Below are positions 1 through 11,659 of a stretch of DNA of 64,000 nt, piece by piece. The stretch spans positions 62,001-126,000 of the forward strand of contig JAQFVV010000003.1 in assembly GCA_028023455.1 (NCBI GenBank), written 5' to 3'. Source of the stretch: Epiperipatus broadwayi. Taxonomy: Eukaryota > Animalia > Onychophora. The notes beneath the pieces were generated by a model. It was not told the DNA's origin. It saw only the letters and a program-made list of their open reading frames with translations, and made no database searches. Each line of letters starts with the position of its first letter. Position 1 is the first letter of the stretch. Made by a program: the position numbers and the translations under genes.

Positions 1-1400
1 AAACATTCATCCCTAATAAAATTACAACTTCTTCCTAAAATCCATTGAACAGAATCTTCCTGGAATATTCATTCCCAGTATCAAAAAGTACTTTCAAGTG
101 AGTAGTTGGTTGCAGACGGTTATGGATTCATGCCCCGACTGATGCCATGACATATGAAAAAAAAAGTACATTCATCACACTGCATACATGAATGACCTGG
201 CCATGTTCTTACCATCTTGTAAATACATGCCTGATCTTATAAAATTAATGACATAGTTTTCAAGTGAACCAGGATTATGTTTCAATTTAGCAAAGTTGGT
301 GGCATAGATGCTGTTTTTGGGAACAACATCTCCTCCCCCTTTTCAGTTAAACCAGCCAAATTTTCCCTCAGTTTTTCATTTAACCTCTCCTCCCTTACAA
401 TAAGGAGAGAGGTCCAAAATTCCATAATGTTAGCTGCTAACTAGATTACTGGTTTTTTGTGCAAGATCTATACCTCCTTATATGCCAAGACAGCCCTCCT
501 AATGTTGTTCCTCAGGATTACCTACTTAATGTTCATGAAATTCATGGGAAAGTTTATTTGCAGCATCAATTCCATTTTTTCTCAGCTCTTGAGGGAAGGG
601 GCAGGACTGTAGTGATTAGCCTTGGAAAGATGCAAAGACCTCCCAAATTGAATGGCCTAGGGATACATTAGCTGCAGGTTTCTTGGCTCCAGCGTGCTTT
701 CAATCTTTTTTCCAGACTTAATAACCTTATTCCTAAAAACTTTTATCTATTAGATGTGCATCCCATGGAAGTGTTGGCTCTCTGATTGGTTATCTGAAAT
801 CACAAAAATGAATTTAATCCCAGATGAAGCTAAATCTGCAAAATTAGATACTAGGAGGCATATAATCTTATTTATGAAACAATTGTGCCTATCAGTTCAG
901 CATTCAACAAAATCATCTTTAATTTTTCTTAAAAAATTTAAATGGTGGTGCCTGTAGCTGAAGTATTTCGATTTTTTGATAAAAATCAATCTGAATGTAC
1001 TTCCCATAGGTAGCTATTTTGACAAAAAATAGAGGATATATATCTATTGATGACACATGTGCTTTATGTAGAAGGAAGAAAGAAACTATTAAACACATTT
1101 TTCTGAAATGTGTTAAATTGGAAATCTGTAAAACCTTAATTTTTTCAATCTATAAAAAGAAAAACACACTGATGTTGACATCAGGCAATTTTGCAGAAAT
1201 AAGGAATGTTACATTCTTATTGTTTAGTGTTTGGCTGATGCAATGCACACTCTTTTTTGATTCTAGTTGCATGGGTCCCCTAATAATATTAATCAGGAAA
1301 ATCAACACAATTAAAAAAAGACAGCAGTTGTATAGCTTCTCAAATAATGGTCAGGAACTCATGGAATTGATAGATATTGAAAGGACCAGAATAAGCTAAC
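1..1400 (+). mobile_element. Degenerate L1/Tx1-like non-LTR retrotransposon 3' fragment (RT to zf-RVT)
   Basis: Hand translation across stops and frameshifts gives YGFMPR (~121-138, QxGF-like), AYMNDLAMF (YADD-like, ~181-207), FSSEPGLCFNLAK (SGLxINxxK-like) and KLNGLGIH (GGLG motif, ~645-668). ORF 1019-1399 contains DDTCALCRRKKETIKHIFLKC, a C-x2-C...H-x4-C zf-RVT knuckle. Confidence 0.7.
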
Positions 1401-2478
1401 TTAAAAATATTTTTTCCTGATGTGGAATTATCCATATATTAATACTGTTAAAATAGTGGTTTTGTATTGTTGACCCAGGGCTGAATTTTCCCCAACAGAA
1501 ATTCATATTTAATTTGACCTGTTAACATATATATCCTGATCTTTTTGAATCGTTAATGCAGAGCATTTTTGCTCACAGATAGATTACTTGTATATCATAT
1601 TTTTAAATAATGAAAATTTGCTTGAAAAAAACAACAACTTCTTGGATTATAATCAGCCACAACTTCCTGGATTATTGCTTTGCTATGAATTAATAATTCT
1701 AATTACTATTGAAAAATCCATTATTTCATATAATGGAAAAAACTGCAAGGTCTTATTTTGTTAAAAACGAAGTTTTTATTAACCTCAGCATTATTCAGTA
1801 TAAATTATAAGCTAAAAATGTTTGTAAAATAATTATGCTAGATTCTACCAGGGTATTTTCCTCAATTTAAACTACAAACTAAACAAAAACTATCTGGGAC
1901 TTTAAGCAAAAAATGTATTACCATCAATCATTTAATATTTTAAAGCATCAGAAGCAGATTTACAATATAATGAGTTTTTTTATATACAGATCAAATCTTG
2001 AATTCAAAAGTGTTATCACTCTTTAAATGCACACACAAACTTATCATTATTTATTCAAACATCCAGGTTAAAAAAAGTCATATATTTTATATAAGATTTT
2101 TTTTTTGTTTTATAAATACAATACTTTTAAGCTACAATTTCTGCAAAATTACTTTAATATTTATACAATTGTTTTATTTATTAACTATGCAATTTCTTAA
2201 AAAAATATATATTTAAATCAAATATTTTTTTCATTAGACATTTATTTTATATGCTCAAAAAATTAAGCTGATATTATTGATGTTAATAATTGGATTACAG
2301 TCTGTTTTTTTTAATACATATTTATAGTATATAATTTTACAGAATGGTAATTTGTATGTTTATGAAATCATTTTAGAAATAGTTAAATTAGATGCATATT
2401 GCATCCAAACTTTCAAGCTCCCTTTAGTCATTCACAACTTATATACCTGATCATATTCATGTGAAAAGATAAATGATT

Positions 2479-2522
2479 TCCAATATATGTATCTCATGCT
2501 GAACCAGCACTCATCATTTGAT
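2479..2522 (-). ncRNA. Type I hammerhead ribozyme motif, family A, core-mutated
   Basis: Minus strand reads atcaa ATGATGA gtgct ggttc agcat GAGA tacata TA ttgga. C3>A and GAAA>GAGA relative to the family consensus, so predicted inactive. Confidence 0.6.
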
Positions 2523-2742
2523 CCAGATCATCATCTCTCATACACATATATAATAAGTGCTTGGTTTATTTTAAGATAGAAAATCTTCAAATTTTAATGG
2601 ACAGGCTTCAGTCTTCTCCAGTTTCTAACCCTTCTGCCTTCTCCAGTTTCTAACCCTTCTGCCATCCATATCATTGAAAATCTGATGATGGTGTGTTCAG
2701 AGCCCTTGTTTGCCAATTTTTGTTGTATCATACTCATGTTGA

Positions 2743-2757
2743 ACACACATACACACC

Positions 2758-2806
<49 letters not shown>
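2743..2806. repeat. (CA)n(TA)n microsatellite
   Basis: Directly visible between the two family A arms. Confidence 0.95.
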
Positions 2807-2812
<6 letters not shown>

Positions 2813-2829
2813 AGTGTGTCCAGATCATT

Positions 2830-2867
<38 letters not shown>

Positions 2868-2877
2868 AATGATCTGG

Positions 2878-2921
2878 ACAAACTGATGAGTGTTGGTTTA
2901 ACATGAAATATGTATATTGGA
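2878..2921 (+). ncRNA. Type I hammerhead ribozyme motif, family A
   Basis: acaaa CTGATGA(2883-2889) GTGTT ggttt AACAT GAAA(2905-2908) T atgt A T A(2916, H17) ttgga. The distal stem I aaatgatct/agatcattt flanks a GGA bulge. The 10.1-11.1 pair is a G-U wobble. Confidence 0.75.
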
Positions 2922-4355
2922 GATCATTTATCTTTTTGCATGTATATGGACATATGTATTGGTTGTATAAGAAGGAATGGATAACTAAAGAGAGCTTAAA
3001 AGTCTAGATTCAGATACTCTCTAATTACATCTAGCTTAAAATATAAATCATATATAAGTATTTAACTATTAAAAAGTTACATTGTATATGTATTATTATT
3101 GCTTGTTATTAATATTAATAGTCTTTCATTGCTAAATTTATCATATTTCTTTATCCTTTTCAATTAATATTTCAAATAAACTCACGGTTCTATAGGGCAA
3201 TTGCACAACCATGAAATGTGACATTGATATGTGTTTATATTTTAGTAATGTTTATATAAAAAACCAGTCAATTCTCAGTGTTATGTAGCAGATATAACAA
3301 TTACTGTTTTCAAAGAAATGAAAAAACTATTTAAAATAATTATAAAAAGTGATTCACTATTGGCCCTACCATAGTTAGAGTTACAGATCAATTATTAAAC
3401 AAACATAGATAAAAAAAATTACATAATTTATTTGACTAGTAACCAACTTTTGAATTCATCCATTATACATCATATATATATATCTCTTTTTTCACTATAA
3501 TATTTAATAATGTTTTTTAAAAACATGTTTTATTACATATTCCCAATATTCAGGTATTTAATTCATTTGGTTGAATGAATAATCAATGTTTTTAAAATAT
3601 TCCTGCATTCCATTAATACATATTAGATTAAATATTGGAATATTATGACCATATCATTATTGTTATCACAATATTTTGAAGCAGAATCTAAGACCTTTCA
3701 CCATTTGTATATGATTACTATATAGATAGATATTGTAAACATCATGGCTATTAAAGAGGCACAATTCAGGATATTATTATCTCTGATTTAAAATTACTAG
3801 ATATTTTATATAGCTTTTATAATGCTTTGATTATATTTAATTAATATACTTAAATATAATTTATGGTATATAAAAATATTGTATTGTAATTTCTTTTAAA
3901 GCTTGCATAATTTATAATAAGATTTTGTCATAATTTTTTTAAAGATTGAATAATTTATAATAGCAATTTCTATATTTGAGAGCTGACTTTTGAAATCTGT
4001 AACTTTAATTCTATTGTCCATAAGACTATTTCTCTGATCAACATGGTTACGTTATGCTCTTTTAATATTAACTGATGTAAAATACTTCAAATTGCTTATT
4101 TTTTAGGATAATTTTAAAAAATATCTTCAGACTATATCTTACTATATAATGTCTTATACCTTTCAGTGGTTTTCTATATTAACAGGAGTAATTCATTATA
4201 TATCAAATTATTTCTGAGAGTTCTATGTAATATAACTAATTCATGACAGTGTAACCATGTCACTAATTCATAGCTATTGACTTTTGACAAGGAGAAGTTG
4301 AACTAATGACTTTAAAAGAAGGATAAAGAAGTTATATGATACATTATATATATAT

Positions 4356-6581
4356 TGTAACGAGCACAGACGTTCGTTACATTGTTGTTGTTTTTTATTT
4401 ATTAAACATGAAAGTAAATTAAAAAGTTCGCATTTAAAAATTTTCTTTTAGAATTAAAAATTGAAATTAAATATCATCTTAAACTCTTATATATTAAATC
4501 GCACAGATATAAAAAATTATTAAAATAAAACTGTATTAAAAATAGAAAAGGTATTTTAAAAACAAAAACTTAAAAAGATTTGGAGATAAAATTATATCTT
4601 TAAATTTATCTTTAAATATATCTTTGATTTGGAAAACAGGTTAATTAATCAGAAATGGAAATGATAAATTTAATTAGTCAAATGTAAACCAGCCTTGGGC
4701 ATTTAAATGTAAAAATACCGGTCAGATAGGAAAACAATAGAAACTGTTAGCAAATAAGAAGAAATCCCTATGGAATCGGACCGCAGTGAAAGGACCATCG
4801 CATCGGTGACGTAATGTAAATTCAATCCTTCACATTAATATAAAAGGAAAATTTGGAAATTATTAATCAGTGACTGGAAATTGATTATTACGATGTGACT
4901 ATATGTAGTAGTCCGGAGTTGGAGGAATTGACAGACGCACGGTCAATTCTTTCAGCTGTTAAAGAAGGGAGAAATGAACTATCGTTTCCTACATTGAGGA
5001 CCAACTAAATTAAAAAACCTCCGAATGAATAAATAAAACAACGGCTAAATGGATACCAATTTTAGGACGGCATGGGAATTTACGTTCATGGCAAGCAACG
5101 GATAAAGTTGGACGTTTTAAAATCGTAAGAACTTATATATTCACTTGAAACAATAAGAACTCTAAATTTTAAAACTTTTTAGTAAATAATGCAATAGAAT
5201 CCTATCTGACCAAACTAAATTCTTCATTAATAATGTTATTTGATGTATTTTTTTTCTTATTTATTTTGTAAAATCATTTCCATTTATTTATTTTTTGTTC
5301 TTTAAGTTTTATTATGATTGTTGTTTTCCGTTAAATTAATTATAAAAATGTTAAACTTAAGTCGGGCGTGAATGGCTGTATAGATTTGTAAAGTTATATT
5401 AGGGGAGGGTAATCTTAGGTTATTTATGTCGTTGTTAGATTGGGTCAATGGATTGGATATATTGATGTAGTTAGTAGATGTAATCGGAGATTCGCTACTG
5501 GCAGAATCGTTTATATATACGCCGCACTCACCCGTTTGCCTATGGAAGGAATTATAAGACGGAGAACGCAGTTCCTTTCTATGGAGTTTTTTTTTATTGT
5601 TCTTCTCGTTAGATAGATGTAATATTCCTATCTGATTGAGAGTCAATGTCTTTCTTAATTCTTTTGGTGCTGCCGTATTTCGTATTACATTGAATACATC
5701 GATATATCAGATGGATTGATGACAGTTTGATGGTGAATTTTAACCTAAGGTTAAATAGGGATAGAATATTTTATTTTCAAAAGCAAATTTATGTGGTCTA
5801 TTCATACTCGATTCTAAATAAAAATGCATTAAACTTAAGTTGTTTATAGACGCTTGCATGGATTGTTTATCGGTTAACTATGTTTTGCGTTTTCATATTT
5901 GATCAAAATATATAGACATTCGATAAATAATGATACCTTACGGTGAGTATCTAGAATGTATTTATTCGGATGTCTTTTAAGTTATTGGTGACAATGCAAG
6001 TATCTTATGATGAATACTATTGGGTTACGTAGAAATTTCCCTCCGCAATTGTCAGTAATCAATAATTTTGTATTTTGATCGTTTATGTTTACTTTGAAAT
6101 GTTTTTGACCGTGAAATCTATGTAACCGATCTATATTCAACATTATAAACAAGCTTTCCTAAATTTATCTGTGCGAACTTAATTAAAATGTAAAATTAGA
6201 ATATAATAGTAGTTAAATGTAAATTAAAGTCAAAAATCAAAGTTAAAAATAATGTTAAATGTTAAAATGTAAAACTAATACTAAAATAATTTTAAATCTT
6301 ATATATATGTGCATAAATAAATGTTTGTATGTTAATTACTGGCAGTGGCTTATTTTATTCCTTTTTTTATATATACTCTTAGATTATCTTATTAAATCTC
6401 TGCTATTCCACTGAGCTAGTGACATGGGCTAACGACCGGAATCAAAATTTAAAAAAAAAAAAAATTTTTTTTTTTTTTTACTTACGTATCTGCCTACTTT
6501 ATAAATTTTTCTAGGTTCAAATGCCTAGATGGCGCCCCGTAGTGCAGTTTACGTTAAGTCGTCTTTCTCTGGATCGTTACA
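4356..6581 (+). mobile_element. ~2.2-kb solo-LTR-like element (Gypsy-type termini), copy 1
   Basis: Begins TGTAACGA and ends TCGTTACA (8-bp terminal IR, TG...CA). Flanked by the 4-bp direct repeat ATAT (4352-4355 / 6582-6585). A homologous copy lies at 48504-50721. No transposase or pol ORF. Confidence 0.8.
4807..4871 (+). promoter_or_regulatory. Core promoter in LTR copy 1: CRE/ATF-like site, TATA box, TCAGT initiator
   Basis: TGACGTAA at 4807-4814, TATAAAA at 4839-4845, and TCAGT at 4867-4871 with its A 30 nt downstream of the first T of TATA. Identical in copy 2. Confidence 0.6.
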
Positions 6582-6604
6582 ATATATATATATATATATA
6601 AACT

Positions 6605-7127
6605 AAAGGAGTAAATCAAGCTATGAGTTAAAAGCACTCTAAATGTTTAACATAGTATCAAGAATAGCAGGAATCCAATGAATCCACCTATTCTTGGTAG
6701 CTCTGATGTTTATAATGATATCTTTGTCATTGTTGGTAATTCAAAATGAAAAACACATATCAACCAAATGGAATATGGCACTTAAATGTTATTAATTTGT
6801 AATTAATTATAAAAAGCTGAAGACAGGATCTCAGTTTTACTGTCTTGTTTGTAAAAATTAAACAAGATTTAATATTTAAACTTTAAATTATACATAGCTC
6901 AATGTATATGTAAACAAAGGGAGTAAATCACTCTTTCTTCTCAGGCTATGACTTAAAAGCACTCTAAATGTTGAACAAAGGATCAAGAATAGAATAAATC
7001 CAAAACTCATAATTTTATTCTTGATTCTTTGTTCAAAACTTAGAGTGATTTTAAGTCATAGTCTGGAGAAGAGTGATTTACTCCATTTGCTTACATATAC
7101 ATTGATCTATGTTTAATTGAAAGTTTA
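6605..7127. repeat. Fold-back repeat (family E): partial direct copy plus ~115-bp-arm hairpin
   Basis: ggagtaaatca...gctatga(g/c)ttaaaagcactctaaatgtt(t/g)aaca...atcaagaatag occurs at ~6608-6668 and ~6920-6992. Arm 6878-6995 is inverted at ~7012-7127 around a ~20-nt loop. Confidence 0.7.
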
Positions 7128-10100
7128 TATATATAGAGAGAGAAGCAGCAAATACTAAATACACAGATCATGGAAAATCATGTGATATTAAACTTCTGTT
7201 TTAATTTACAATCCATAAGAATTACAATGTAATCGAAAGCACTATTCATTTATTAAAATATATATTTTATTATTTTTACCATTAAAATTATTTGGAATTT
7301 ATATATATGATGCATTTACTTGATATCAAGCTACTTGAATTGTTTCTGCATATGTGGTGCAACATTTATTCAAAAATTATATCAAAGCTTAAAATAAATA
7401 TTAGTACAATGAAGAAATTAAATTGAATTATTTGTTAAATAATTTAGTTTGTTTATTTTTAAATTTTACTTTTGTATTGTTTTCTGTATTTTACATTTCA
7501 AATTAGGAACCCAATTTAATCAGGTGCACATTTCTCTTTTAGACATAGCATCATGAAGTTATTACTTGAAGTGTTTAATATTGATTTAGCATTTATAATT
7601 AGAATGTGTGGTTCAAAAAAATGATATATTTATATATAGATCTTGATTTTTTTTAAAAATTAGAATGAGATTTCAAATTCTTTTTCGATTGTAATTATTC
7701 CTGCATTTTTAAATTTTTTCTTATACTTTTCTTATGAGTTCAAAATCTAATTGTGTTCTAACAAAATATCAGTAGCTTCTTTTTTTTTAGATTTTGATTA
7801 TAACTTTTTTTCTTTTTACATTTTAATATTTTTCTTTATTTAATTTAGTTTACTTTATATAACATAGGGCATTCAGAACTGCACTTTAATATAATAGGTT
7901 GTTTTAATTATTATTTTTTCTATTTAATCAAAGAATACATGGTTTTATAGCAAAATACATCCATTATTCATGTTCTTGACTTGAGATTTGAATCCAGACT
8001 CAGTTAATTTTTTCAGATATTCATTCCATTGCAATCAAACTAATCATTGAATAATGATTATTAAATGGATATTTAGCTATTATACACTGAATTGTATGAA
8101 GATAATGTGAGAATTAAATTTTAACTATTTTGTAAAAGTAAAGCAGTGTAAAATGTTCATTTTTACTTAAAATTGTCAATGCTTATTATATTTATATAAA
8201 CATATTAAAACTGGAATGGCCTAATTTGATTACTGATCATTTCTCAGTATATATATATGAAGTTTTTTGCTTGACATCAAATTATAAGAAACATAATGGA
8301 AATTTAAATAATCTGGCTGATCTGTATGTTTTAGTGCATTAATAGAATAATGGACTTTGGACCTCAGAATTCATTACTTCCAATGCTCCAACTTCTTATA
8401 AACTATCCACCTAAGTAAAATTCAATGCTTTAATTGATATCTTAATTACAATAATTGATTATCAACAGGTCTAAATGGACAATAATTGCTATTTCATTAG
8501 TGCAATTTATTCAGGCATCAATGTTAACTTTTCTACGCAAAAAAGCATATTGGGATAGCTTGACGACACTTGATCATCATTAGGCCTACGTCATAAAATA
8601 ATGAAGCACCCTCCATCATTAAAAAACAATCATTACGTACATATGCAAAAACAGAAATTATAAAGTTACTGATATGTGTGGATATAATACATATATATAT
8701 TTATTTAAAACTAAACAACAACAAAAAACTTATGCTACTGTTAATGAAGCATTTAAGAAAAACACAACGGGATACAGAGATTTTGAAAGTTTCATCGCAA
8801 AACTGTCAATTAAACTATCTCAGTACTAACCAAAAACAATAATAACTGTCAAAATTTTTTCAAAACAATAATTACATTCTAGTTAACTTATCCGTTTTCG
8901 AATATATGGATTCAAACATTTATTAAAGACCCTGAGAAAACAATTATAAAATTTCCGTCATATTTATTTTCGAACAATTAGGCTAAAACAAGTAATTTGG
9001 TTAACTATTAGGTGACAAAATATTATTTATTTTAATAAAAGTTGTAATTAACAGTGCAATAAAGCAAAAGGATTTATTTATGATTTTAAATGATGTGCTA
9101 TATTATAGTTTTACAATGATTACTATTTTTGAAAGAGCACAAATCTTTTTCTTTTATAAGATACTTTCATAATTTAGCTACTTTAAAGTATATATTATTC
9201 CTCATATATATAACTTATAAATTGGTAATTACGGATACTTTTCACTCTTTGGAAAGAATACATTGGGTCAGCATAAATATTTGATTTTGACAAGTTTGCA
9301 AACGCTAAGAAAAAGTTTTCTCATAATATATAAACATTCTCATGAAATTAAATCAGAAATAGTATTTTAGTTATTTCAGTTTATTGAATCTGCTTTTTTC
9401 ATATTACCAAAAATCGTCACATGATCTGTGCTTATGTATATTTTTCAGGAGCAATTATATTCACTACACTCTAATGCTGCTATTTATTGTAAGCTTGTGT
9501 AATCAATAAATATTAGATAGTAGTGCTTATTAAATCCATACCCAATGCTATTTTATTCAAATCCTTTGACTTTTTCACTTATGGCCATAATTAGTGAAGA
9601 GCTTGGAGTTGGATTTAGTATACAGTATATAAATTTATTATGTCTTTAACTTGGATTTGGAATTAATGCATATGAACTTTTTATTTTATTTTCTGTCCTT
9701 TTCATCCAGCAGGCAACTTTATACTTTTTTTATTATCAAATTAGCAGCCCAAAATTCAAAAATATCTCAATGTTTACAATCCTAGCCAAAAAATTTAAAT
9801 GATTGTATATATTTTTTTATTAACTGTATAATTTTTAGTGTCTTTAATCATATAACATCTATAAGCCTACATTTGTTTAAAAAAAACATTGGATTTTTAC
9901 ATATAGTTTTACAAATTAAATGCATTCTTTTGTTTTCTTTTATGAGAATGATATTTTTTCACAGCATTGAAAAAATAATTGAATTGTTTGTTGTTTAGAA
10001 GCATAAGAATTTTAAGCACTAAAAAGTGACAAAATGAATTATAATTTATGGACATTGAGCTCCCAAGTCTACCACTCTATTACTACACTAAACCATGGGA

Positions 10101-10196
10101 ATTGTATAATATTAATCTTCTAGTATTTTTCCTTTAAACTATTAAGCAACACATATCCACCATTTCCTTGCTTACACAAGTTGTTAAAACAATAGC

Positions 10197-10620
10197 AAAA
10201 CCTCCATACGGTAATGCCACCCAGTGCAATCATAATAATGAATGAATGCAAGAAAATTTATATATATAAAATCTTATCTAGTGCCTACTCATCTAATATC
10301 CTCACAACAAAAGATACCAAAATGTGTACTGAAATGGGTTCAGAGCTGTATACAAGTGAATGAGTTATGTTTTCAATTTGGACTCATAGCTTTATAGTTA
10401 AATAAAAATGTAAAAGGTGGCTAATAGGAAATTGCATTAGTTCCTGATATATAAGTGCAGTGTTCTCAGATGCAAGGCTTTTTACTGATGAAAGCCACAA
10501 GCTAGAAACTAGTTTAGTGATACTGGATGAGAGGCACTAAATAGAGACTTTAAACACAAACTTTCTTGCATCCATTAATTATTATGGATGGAAAAACTAT
10601 ATGGAGAGTGCCTACTTTTT
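10197..10620. mobile_element. Family B hammerhead-bearing element, decayed head-to-head pair
   Basis: 10197-10310 matches the left (minus) arm at 28985-29095 (ctccatac.gta.tgccac.cagtgc...agtgcc.actcatc.aatatcc). 10453-10615 matches the plus arm at 29283-29445. Confidence 0.65.
10478..10520 (+). ncRNA. Hammerhead ribozyme motif, family B (decayed stem I)
   Basis: CTGATGA(10485-10491) aagc cacaa gcta GAAA(10505-10508) CTAGT T tagtga. Confidence 0.55.
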
Positions 10621-10659
10621 TTCTTAGCACAAACTTTCTGTATAATATAATATTTTTTT

Positions 10660-11174
10660 ATAATAATATTAAATCGTGCTTTCACACTTCCAACGTAAAG
10701 CTAAAACAACAAATTGAAAACTAAATTAAATGGTTGAGCACTTTCAAGAATATGTACTTCTCATATTCATAGCCAGTTATGATCCTTTCTTTGGAATCAT
10801 TATATAAATAAATCTGATATGCAAATTATATGCAAATGAGTCACTAAGGCCATCTTTTAGATATTGCAAAACATGCGTCCTTACGATAAATGGCAAAAGA
10901 GTCCTCTGCTATAAAGTATGCTTCTTTTACCTTTCGCCTAATATCATGCCTCTCAGTACAAACTAATTTTGCAGATGTGAGTTCGAACACATGTCCTGAC
11001 ATATAATTTGCACATCAGATTTATTTATATAATGATTCCAAAGAAAGGATTATAACTGGCTATAAATATGAGAAGTACATTTCTTCTTGAAAGTGCTCAG
11101 CCATTTAATTTAGTTTTCAATTTGTTGTTATAGCTTTACGTTGGAAGTGTGAAAGCATGATTTAATATTATTAT
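10660..11174. repeat. Long inverted repeat (fold-back/MITE-like), ~173-bp arms, ~167-bp spacer
   Basis: 10660-10832 is the near-perfect reverse complement of 11000-11174 (e.g. ctttcacacttccaacgtaaagcta / tagctttacgttggaagtgtgaaag). Confidence 0.85.
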
Positions 11175-11564
11175 ATTGAAGACAAACATAAAGTATAAAT
11201 ATACAGGTTATTACTTAATATTTTTTTAAAAAATTCTTTTATTCCATATTTCAGTCAAGATTATCAGCTCTGTCCATTAGCTACCAAAATAAAGAAAAAT
11301 CACTTTAAAAAGTTTTTTTGTATATGATACCTATGGTCATGTATTAAGTTTTTTCCCACTAGATCTGTGAATTAGTGTTACATCACATGTCATCTTACAT
11401 ATATTAACATTTTTTAATTCTATACTTACAATAATACTTGTGGACACAAACAATACAGGTGGATTTTAGTGCATTTTATTGCAAATTATGTGTATAAAAA
11501 ATTGATGTTCACTTTAATAATTTTTTTGCTAATTGTTAATTATAAAAAATAAGTATATAAAATT

Positions 11565-11659
11565 GTGGCCAAGTGGTAAGCACAGCTGGCATACAAGCAG
11601 TTGTCCCAGGTTCCCGGTTTATTTCCCGGCTGATTCTTTGACACATGAAAAAAAAAAAA
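11565..11659 (+). mobile_element. tRNA(Val)-derived short SINE, copy 1
   Basis: A-box TGGCCAAGTGG, decayed B-box ggtttatttccc, 3' ctttgacacatg plus an A-tail. Homologous to 17517-17610. Confidence 0.75.

Larger units (their letters stand above)
2370..3075. mobile_element. Family A hammerhead-bearing element, head-to-head (fold-back) pair
   Basis: The left arm (~2400-2545) is the imperfect reverse complement of the right arm (~2860-3010). The same sequence recurs at ~31920-32405 and ~45235-45530. The left copy carries a 25-bp tandem duplication (cttctccagtttctaacccttctgc x2). Confidence 0.75.

Noticed and set aside
2594-2906. Two overlapping short ORFs (MCVCVC..., ...HTHTYIYIY...)
   Set aside because: They are translations of microsatellites and family A sequence.
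5302-5646. 114-aa minus-strand ORF and its counterpart at 49616-49924
   Set aside because: These lie within the LTR-like repeat, the two copies do not keep the same reading frame, and no domain is recognisable.
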